From: the human T2T-CHM13v2.0 reference genome, Homo sapiens
DNA: 64,000 bases
Reading direction: 5' to 3' (one strand)
NCBI RefSeq assembly: GCF_009914755.1
Contig: NC_060929.1
The notes under the pieces are model-generated. The model saw only the letters and a list, made by a program, of their open reading frames with translations, ran no database searches and was not told the DNA's origin. A program made the position numbers and the translations under genes. Shown here one piece after another: positions 54,481 to 64,000 of this stretch; within the stretch, counting starts at the first letter, position 1; every line of letters starts with the position of its first letter.

Positions 54481-55909
54481 CCCACAATGCCACTACTGAG
54501 AGGCATTCAGAAGGGGGGGCAAGACACGGGGTGTTCCTGCTCCGTGGCCTCCATCCCAGCCGATCCCGCTTTGCAGTTGTGCACAATCACAATCGCAGCC
54601 AGCAGTTTGCCCTCATTCATTTTGCACTTTTTCTTAATAGAGTGGGAGAAAGTCATCTCGGCCACCACCACCCTTTTATCACAATTTGTTGAAACCCCAA
54701 GAGGCTTAAAATACGTTCTTTTGCCATTTATAGTTGTAACAGTATTACATACAAATGTGTACACAAATCTGCGTGGTGCACACATACGCACAGGCTCATA
54801 AGACACACGCAAAAAAAATTATTATTATTATGGGCTCTTCTGGAAGATTTAGTATATTTGTTTCAGAAAGACGTAAGAATTTTAATAAAACTAAACCTTA
54901 TTTGAGAAGTATCTACCATGAACGCAATTTTGGAAAGGTGCAATAGGAACTAAATAACTGCTGTTAAAAATCATTTAGCTGAGAAAAATATGCATGCTAA
55001 GAATTCCACCAAAAAAAAAAGACATTGTATGCCACGTAGGTATATGTGTATTGCTTAGCAGCCACAGAAAACCTCCTATCTCAAATCAAAGAGAAAAACA
55101 CTACACGTGAAAACTATCCTTTGGACGATTAGACTCCATTCCAAAAGATATAGAAAAAAAAAAAAAAACCACAGCAAAAATACACACATGGATCTTTGTA
55201 CCAGATTCTGTATTAAAAGATTGCTTGTCAGGTCCTATGACTACCTCCCCGAAGTCTGCTCTGTGGTTACAAGGTTTGGTGTTCAGTCCTCTGCAAATCA
55301 GTTCGGGGTTTCTCTAAATCTGAGCCACAGCCTGTCAAGATGATCCTTTGCAATACCAGCCTTTTAAATCCCACACTTTTGTTTTTTCTCCCTCGCTCTC
55401 AGAGGAATTGTCCTGCCTAGGTCAGCCATTCTAAGCTGGAATTCAGAGACTGGACGGATCCTTTACCATGAGAATTTGGAGCTGCAAACCTTCGGCAGAG
55501 CCCTGGGGAGGGATAATTGTTTTAGTGAAGCTCACTGCCTCCTCAGTGGTCCGTGAGACCCTGCTGAGCGTGGCTGCTTACCTTTGGCAGGAACCCAGGG
55601 CAGGTTCAGGAAACGGTTCCGTGTTCCTGCCCTTAGCTTTGTGTCAATGAAGCCTGGCACATCTTTTTTGTGGTTGTAATTTAAATGAGACAACCAACTG
55701 CACAGCTGTCTCGGTCAAATTATGCAGGGCCATGTGGCCTTTCTTCCATCTTTAAAAAGTCTGGGGCACCTCTGACCATGTTTGAAGGAAGCCCAGGGGA
55801 GCAATGACCAACAAAAGGAATAGCGATTACGCCAGCAAAGGATGGAAATTTGCCTAAATGAATATATTAAGGGCTGCGCTTAGAAAATGGAAATGTTAGT
55901 TTTTAAATA

Positions 55910-56155
55910 GAGGCAGAATAGTGTTATGATTAAAACCCTGATCTTTGGGGTCAGACACTGCAAGGTTGGCATCCCAGCTCCACCACTTAATAGCTATGTT
56001 GACGTTGGGCAAGTTATTTAACCAACTGAAGCCCCAGTTTCCTCATCTGTAAAATGGGAGAAATAAGAATACTCAGCACATAGAATTGCTGTAAGGATTA
56101 AATGAGAGAATACCCAGAATTCAGCTAATATGTGGCTTCATAAATGGTTAGTTAT
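55910..56155 (+). mobile_element. Near full-length MIR SINE
   Basis: 'tcccagctccaccacttaatagctatgttgacgttgggcaagttatttaacc...cccagtttcctcatctgtaaaatgggagaaataaga...aggattaaatgag'. Confidence 0.9.
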
Positions 56156-56383
56156 CATCAGTAATTACAGTAATGACAATAACACATAGAACATGCAAAA
56201 CGCCAATGCCAGTCACTGCCACACCAGTCATCTGTAACCAAGAAAAGACTAATTTTACTCTGCCTCTGGCCCCTTATTTTACATATTACAGGGATTTATT
56301 CTTGCAGGCAAAACTAATGTGACTGAAGTTTCTATCATTCAAGTTTTATTTATTCTGTTGATCTGGCATTGGGTATTTTAACC

Positions 56384-56392
56384 CCTCTCTCC

Positions 56393-56440
<48 letters not shown>
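56384..56440. repeat. Compound (CT)n(CA)15 microsatellite
   Basis: CT tract directly followed by CA x15 at 56411-56440. Confidence 0.95.
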
Positions 56441-56443
<3 letters not shown>

Positions 56444-59400
56444 CAGACATGGGAATGTGAGTATAAGCATCTGCATAGATGCACACTACACCAATACAAG
56501 CCAGCAGATATGCAGACACAAAATGAGTATATGTACCCCGGAATAAAAGGAACATAATTACCAACTTTATTTTGACAACTCTTTTCAATGATACCCAATT
56601 AGGCATTGCATGGCAAAAATAAACTCTTTAAAATACTGAAAGCACAACCCATTGTATATTTGCTCCTAAGGGCCCTTTAAAAGCTGAGGTTAAATTACCA
56701 TCAGATGGCAAGAGGATAAGGACCTCGCCTTAGGGCACTTCCTTGGGATAAATGGCCAGTTCTTGTCCTCTTTGGAAGGGGTTGCTGGCCCAAAGCACCA
56801 TGAGGCCAGTGACCCCTTGCTGGTCATTAATCGTTACCGAATTCCCTAGAACCAAGGTCATTATTGCTAATATAAACTTAAATAAAAATTCCAGAGACAT
56901 ATGGATTTCTTTTAATAGTTAGTCTTATTTCTTTGCTTTTTATAGGGCATTTCTATAGAATTAATGTTCTATACATTAGCTCTGTAGTTGGTTTGTCTTA
57001 ACACTTGATCCTGCTTAAAGTAAAAGGTTTATTGGACCTAAAATAAGAAGCGAAGGAAAGCAAACAAAAAAACAGGAAATCCTGAAAGGGCCTATTCTGT
57101 ACCTGGAATTCTCAGAAAAATCATTATCCATGGGACTCACAATTTTATTTCTTTGGAAACCTGTCAAAATATTATAATGTTTATATTTAACGGTTGGATA
57201 ATTTAAAATTTAAAAAATAGAGAGAGAGATCTGGTTCCCATCCTGGACAAAGTTTTCTGTTTCTCAGTCTCTCTCTCGTCTCCTCTGCACATAGAAAAAA
57301 ATTTTTTTCAAGATTTTATGAAATTCCAATTTCTTCAAGCTTAAGGAATATATACTGTATTGTCACTCACAAGCAAAGGATATTAGCAGAGCATATAATT
57401 TCATAGCTTCATTCCAAAGATGCTCAGCATTATTTGCCTTAAAAGGAATTATACACCCTAAAAGTACAGAAACAAAGTGGATATGCAGAAAATGAACAAT
57501 TATTTAATGAGCATGTACTATGTGCAACTTAGTGTAGATTCTCTGTATATCAACATTAGGCTGCTTCATCTGGAAGACAAGTCTCAACCAGATTAAGAGA
57601 CAACTTGAGGATGTTGCACAGGCAACCTCTGCCCACAACCTTTTGGGGTTACTATCTCACAGAGACAAATGTGTTGGTCCACGTGCCTCACATTTTACAA
57701 GCCTACAATTTTCTTTTTACTAGATCCCTTCCCCATCTTGCCCAAGTTATGCTACCAATAAATTTAAATATAACAACTCAATTAGCCTTGTAAGGTGCAT
57801 CATCTAAAGATCTCACCCACTAGCTTCCTGCCTTAAGGTAGATTTTAGCAATAGACATGGGCTGTACCTGCTGCCTTATCTTCTTATTACCTGGCTGATC
57901 CCTTGGATGAGGTAAGGAAGAAGAACTGAAAGTTGATTGAGAATATTGTTGGTTATTCAGTTCTGACCTCTGTGAGGTTGCTATTTACCTTATAGTACAT
58001 GCTACTTAAGCACATGTTTAATAATAGGTACTGTCCAATGTCAGATATGAGAGGTAACCAGATTTATAAGGGTAGAGAGGATTAAAGTCATTGAGAGAGG
58101 TAACCTTAAAGATCCTAAGTGTTTACTTCTCTCGTTCTATAAATAAGAAAGCTGAAATCCAGAGAAGTTAAGAGACACACAGACACAGAGGCTCACATAT
58201 CTAAATAACAGCAGGGGCAGTACTCAAAACCAGGTCTCCTGTGTCCCAGTTCAGCATTCTACATGAGGTTCCTTCTCATTTCATAATGAATGAGAAGTCC
58301 CATATCAGAATGAGCAATTTAATGTGTCGAGCCTTTAACAGAACCAAAGCATGCTTTCTCCTTAACAGAAGAATATGCACAAATTTGGGTTCATATTAGA
58401 ACTATTAGTACCTTGAAGATGAAAATTATTAGCATAGTAGGGAATTAACCTACACTAAATCTGATGAGTAGTGAATTACTTTAAATCTCTTTTTGGAGGT
58501 GGGACCTTACCCTGGGAATGGCCAGGTAATGGCAGGAGAAAGATGAATGGCAATGGATTTGGTGGTGATTTGGAAAAGAGAAAGAGATTCTACACCAAAT
58601 CCAATTTCCTTAATAGGTGAGCGCCCTGGGAGGACCACAAAGTGCTTCTGGGGCAGTCCCCAATCTGGGATTGGGGGTACAACTTATTTTATATAGTAGA
58701 TGCTTCACGAACATTTATTGAATAAATTAACATGCTGGGTCCTTTGTTTCTCCTGTCTGAGGTCAATGAACTCAACAGCTGCTTGTCCTCACCACCTCTG
58801 TGAATGTAAACAATGGTTTCTAAAGGAGAGACTAACCCTACATGAAACCATTTTTTAATAGGTTTAGCATGATTATCCTTTCTGGCTTCTGGTATCAAAC
58901 TATTTGGGAGCAGAAAGGAATCCAGCCTGTTGAATGATTTATGACAATTTGGGAAGAGAAAAAGAGAAGAAAAGAGTATACATAAATTCAAAATTCCACC
59001 TTTTAAAATTAATTTTAGTGGATTGATACTGGGAAGAAAGATTTAGTTGGTTGACTACATTCAGTCATATATTTCTATGGAGACGGAAAAAATTAAATTT
59101 TTCCAAATCAGCACAATCTTTTCAGCCAGACCAGATAGTCAAATAATTCAGAGGTGAAATAATTGTCACTTCCTCCTTTGCCCCATACTCTGAAACAGTA
59201 CAGAAGCTGCCAACTCCCCACCTCTCCCTCTAGCTTACCAGGCGAATGAATGCCCCTTTGCCTTCTGGAATCATTCTCCTGCAGTTCAGCATGAGACTAT
59301 GCCAGGGGCTAATAATTTCTCTCAGCACCATACCCATGACTTCTGCCCTTCCTTGGCAATTCCAAATGTGTGACAAACCTCTTCGGGCTTAGGCAAAACT

Positions 59401-59888
59401 GTACACAAAAGTGGTTTGAGTAGGAAGAAATACAGTGTACTTTTTTCCCCTTTCACTACAATTTTTTCAGAATTATATTCTGCAACAATGCCTCACTTCC
59501 TTTATTATTATTTTTGGAAAGGGTACTTTCAATTTGTTTAGGTTTAAATAAAAGAAAAATTTTATTAAGACTTACTTTGAAAATTGCCAACGTCAATATT
59601 TATGTATGTCAGTACCTTCCAGAGAAAGATAATAGTCAGAGACAACTGCTCATGGTAAGACATCTGGAATAGAAAGACCTTTTGTAAAATTCCTACTGAA
59701 AGATGACTATTGATGAAATACCTCTGGCAAACAAAAACAAAAATTGCAATTTGTCGCACGGTGTTATATGACATAGTATGAACAAGCACAGTTGCAAATA
59801 AATGAAATATGTGGGCTTTTAAAAATAAAGTAATATTTTATGATGGGATATTCTGTAGCTTCCTCCTCCCTGTGACTGTTATAATTTC

Positions 59889-59889
<1 letters not shown>

Positions 59890-59924
<35 letters not shown>

Positions 59925-60209
59925 TTGAGATGGAGTCTCACTCTGTCACCCAGGCTGAAGTGCAATGGCACCATCTTGGCTCACTGCAACCTCCGCCTCC
60001 TGGGTTCAAGTGATTCTCCTGCCTCAGCCTCCTGAGTAGCTGAGATTACAGGCATGTGCCATCATACCAAGCTCATTTTTGTATTTTTAGTAGAGACGAG
60101 GTTTTGCCATTTTGGCCAGGCTGGTCTCGAACTCCTAATCTCAGGTGATCCACCTGCCTCAGCCTCCAAAAGTGCTGGGATTACTAAGCATGAGCCACCG
60201 CGCCTGACG
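59890..60209 (-). mobile_element. Full-length Alu (AluSx-like)
   Basis: (CTTTT)n/poly(T) then reverse Alu; perfect 16-bp TSD gactgttataatttct at 59874-59889 and 60210-60225. Confidence 0.98.
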
Positions 60210-60399
60210 GACTGTTATAATTTCTGAGAAACAATTTAACTTGTGCTCCGTGCACAATGCTAGGCCTTGTTAGAGATACAGGACTTAGGGGCTTCCTTGG
60301 ACCCAAACCCAGAAAAGACACGTTGTACCCTTCCCTAAGGCTGATTGCACACAAGGTGAAATGGAGAGCAGAGCAGGACCCAGATGGCCCAGAGTAGTA

Positions 60400-60560
60400 G
60401 TAGAAAAGCCACTGGAACCAGAGCCAGGGACTTGGCTTATGGTCCTGGCTCTGAGACTAATTAGGTCTTTGGGCAACATTGCTGTGCTTCTCTTGGCCTC
60501 AGCTTTCTCATCTTTAAAATGAAGGGGCTGAACTGTAATCTCTGAGAGTCCACTCAGCTT
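60400..60560 (+). mobile_element. MIR SINE
   Basis: 'ggtcctggctctgagactaattaggtctttgggcaac...cctcagctttctcatctttaaaatgaaggggctgaact'. Confidence 0.75.
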
Positions 60561-63500
60561 AAATGGAATCGTGGTCTCTTCCTACAGGAATCTAGATTTT
60601 TTGGAAAACCTGCCTTTGGGATCTAGCTAGGCTATGTATTAGCGTTCTTAAGCTATTCATTCTCCATATTTGTGAAATGATACAAAAAAATCCTGCTTAC
60701 CTCACTGTGTTGTCATGAAAACTAAAAAGAGCTGAACCCATGTGAGATCTTTATGTCATTCCCTCGAAGAGGTATGTGAATGATAGAATTAAAGTGCTAG
60801 CCTTCCCTAAGTTTTGTATGTCTTGGTATACATTGAAGGTTCTTAGCTAAAGGGATGAGATTCTGACAGTGGAATTCCAAGCATCAGCCAGAATTGGGTG
60901 GGAAAACCTTTCCTGCATTCTCATGAGCTCTGCAGATAGTCTTTATTGTTTTTAAACCCAGCCGTTTAATCAGACCTCAAGGAGGCTTTTCTATTGGAGC
61001 TTACAGACTTGTCCAAACTAAAAAGAATATCTAAACCTGGAGGAGGGGGATGTAGGAGGGAGAATGAGTAAGAAAATGTTTTGTTAATGAATAAAGATCC
61101 TGTATTTCATTCCTGAAAGCTCTCACTTTGCTTTAGGACCATCAGCAGAAGCACAGAGCTAGCTTAATAAGCTGTAGGACGTGAAAAAGTCACTGGTAGG
61201 TCCAGGGAAGTTCTCAGCTGAAGGGGACCCTGGGGAATTGTCCAGTCCACCCCCAGCCCTACCTTGCAACCAGACAAATGAAGCTGTCTGCTAGAAAATC
61301 TGGAGATACCCTTTCACATTTCCACAATGACAAAGTTGTGTGTGGGAGTCCCCAGGAATCATTTATAACTGAAAGAAAAGGAAAAGCCACCTTCAAACTC
61401 CAGTTCCAATAGACCTGAGATCTTTCCGGAAACCCAAAGGAACTGCCTCATTTGGTTTTCCCAGAGAATATGAACAACAGATCAAACTAATCCAACCTAG
61501 TGGAAGAAGGATCTGTAGAGTTTGGGCTAATTTCTTAGTAATATTCAGCTGCAGCCACTTCCCTTCTGTTTAATTTTCACGTATCTTAGTGCTTGAATTC
61601 GTAATTCATACCCTTGTTTTGAATTCCCACTACCAACAGATTCCATAAGGCCATTCATGTCAAACACCCTCCAAACAGTTCCAAGAAAAGGACTGAGCTA
61701 GAATTCTTTTCTGAACAGTCAGAGGGGCTATGGACCTGGTTTATATGAGTAGCATGTTCTCATAACCCCCAAATCCTTGACAGACATTCCAGGGACATGG
61801 CCACTTCTGCCATGTAGCCACCATTTCAATCAGGCCTCCTCAAACAACTTACTCCTAATTTCTACAATATGTAGGTGGCAACTGTAGCCCAACGGGTGTC
61901 CGTAGATACAAACCAAAGCTGGCTAAAACCATGTCTGGAAAGCTGACAAATTTCCAGGCAATCTACCCTGAGCAGCAGACAGAAATAAAAGAGCTGGTAA
62001 GAAGAGAAACAGACATATAATATAACAGAGTTTCCTGAAATTCATTATACCAAACTTCCAGGATAGATCAAGGAATTGGACCTAATTCTGCCCTGATTAT
62101 TTTGGGTATGTCATTATCAATGTTGCAGAAACATTTTTAAGCCACTGTCTATCAACAATTTGATGAAAAAAAAAAAACTAACATTTCACGAGTAATGTTG
62201 AGTGCACAGTGATTTTGAAAGAATCACTATTAGTAAACTAAACAGCACTCTAAATAAAGAAAATGACTGCTGTTAAGACATACTGTCTGAGAATTCTCAG
62301 GAAGAACACCACAACGCTAACTCTGCTGTATATAAGAAATTATTCCAGTATGCATTTGAGTAATTCTGCATTTTAATTTAACCCTTTGAAACATTAATCA
62401 AACCATGGCTAATTATAGGAATTAAGGAATTAAACGATGGAATCTTCTAAAAGATATTATTTAAAAGGCAGTTTATACAATTACTTGTATAGATGTTTGC
62501 TTTAAAGAGGAAAACAGTTCTACTGTAATGAAAAGGGTCTTAGAAAATTAAATTAACAAGGGGGGACCAGGCTGATATGAAACTAAATTAGCATCAAATG
62601 CAAATTACAGGGTACTTAATGGTAGAAACAGGTGCAGAGAAGAACCCTAAATGAGATAAATGAATAAAACATCCCTCTCCACAAATGTGGAAGCTGACAC
62701 AAAGTCAATGATATGAATAATTCAGCAGCCTCCACACTGCTGTTGAGGTCAGCCTGCCTTGACCTTTGAAACAGGAAGTAAAATTCAGTTCAAATTTGAG
62801 TGACTAGAAATATAACAGTCATTTGTTTTTTATATTAAAAAATCAACAGAATTTTTTAAAAATACAAATACAGAAAATATAAAATAGAATTACAGTTTGA
62901 ACTAGAGACATTATACAATCAAAGTACTTAGTAAACAAACAAAATAATTTGATAAGATTTTACCCAAACCATACTTCAATATGGAAATCCTAAAAATAAA
63001 AATAATTAAAAACATATATACCAGTGCTCAGCTTAATGAAACTCCCTGTGAGAATAAATTTTTAAATCGTTATCCTTTCTTCAAAGTATTTTGTTGTGTT
63101 GCTATCAATGTAAAAAAAGCATGTCATAATTTTTAAAAGCCACATATTCTTATTAGTAATGCAAAATAATTTCTCATATTTGAAAGATAAAATTTGGTTA
63201 AACTAGATTTTTAAAAATCTATGTAAAGTTGCTATTTTTTAATTCTTCAATTCCTGATTGAATAAATACTGCATCCTCCAAAACTATTCACCTTAGAAAA
63301 ATGCAACCTAGGTTCTAAAAACAAACTATTCTCATAACCGAATATCTATTGTGGTTTTACGTGTCTTTTATCCTTTTTTTTTCTTTTTGCATGCTTCAAA
63401 AGTATTTTGTACAGTCAAATAGTGAAAGTACTCTCCTCATTTCAAATTGAATTTAGTGCTGTTAGAGATTAACAGGGTATGACAACAAACCAATTTCTAC

Positions 63501-63731
63501 AAGCTAGAAAGACAGCAAAATATATATGGTATATCACCCTCGTCCTTATTTTACAGGATGGCATAAAAGATGTTTGATAATAGCAGTTATCTCTGCCCTC
63601 CAATTGGTTCTATTAAGGGGACCCACAACTTGGCTATCTACCTTTCATCTATCTACTGTGCTTGTCAGATAAAAGATTATGTTGAAAGATGAGCTTAATT
63701 TTATTTTCTAGATTTAGAGAGGGTTAAAGCT

Positions 63732-63735
<4 letters not shown>

Positions 63736-63776
<41 letters not shown>
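63736..63776. repeat. (AC)20 microsatellite
   Basis: Perfect dinucleotide run of 41 nt. Confidence 0.97.
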
Positions 63777-63779
<3 letters not shown>

Positions 63780-64000
63780 CCCTCAGCCATCTATGAGAGA
63801 GCAGTGGTAAACTAGGTCTATGATTGTAATCACTGTAGGAAGAAGTTTGAGAAATGTTCCTTCCAAACCGGAGTGTTTAGTTGAGGCAAAATTAAAGATG
63901 CAGGGTGTGCTGGGTATTTCTTAATTATTATTATTATTATTATCATATCTGCTAAATCACTCCTCGCTCGACATTTAATACAGGGTGATAGACCAAACAC

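Noticed and set aside
54072-54812. Several overlapping ORFs up to 158 aa
   Set aside because: Expected from stop-codon scarcity in GC-rich DNA; no recognisable domain
55576-55760. Strong minus-strand donor AAG|GTAAGC at 55582
   Set aside because: No convincing upstream acceptor or pyrimidine tract

Overview
Primate genomic DNA, most likely human or another great ape: it carries eight Alu copies and a 5'-truncated L1 with L1PA2-type 3'UTR diagnostics. I recognise no protein-coding exon of a host gene and no rRNA, tRNA or CRISPR array. The only real protein homology is the C-terminal third of LINE-1 ORF2 (39035-40399). The rest is ancient MIR, L2, MaLR/ERVL and hAT repeats, microsatellites, and repeat-free motif-dense blocks that look like conserved enhancers. 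The L1 and LTR fragments I could orient all face +, and long A runs outnumber long T runs, which suggests a very large intron of a minus-strand gene; I cannot name that gene. The best leads are: (1) a small CpG island at about 54.1-54.5 kb with minus-strand TATA + Inr and a strong downstream donor; (2) a minus-strand candidate exon whose donor runs directly into (UG)20, like a TDP-43-repressed cryptic exon; (3) a locus at 61.85-62.0 kb with exon-like signals on both strands, possibly part of an antisense spliced RNA; (4) two frame-preserving microexon candidates; (5) a closely spaced inverted Alu pair. I found no convincing new biological system. Splice and motif calls are by-eye hypotheses, and subfamily names and edges of old repeats are approximate and from memory of consensus sequences.
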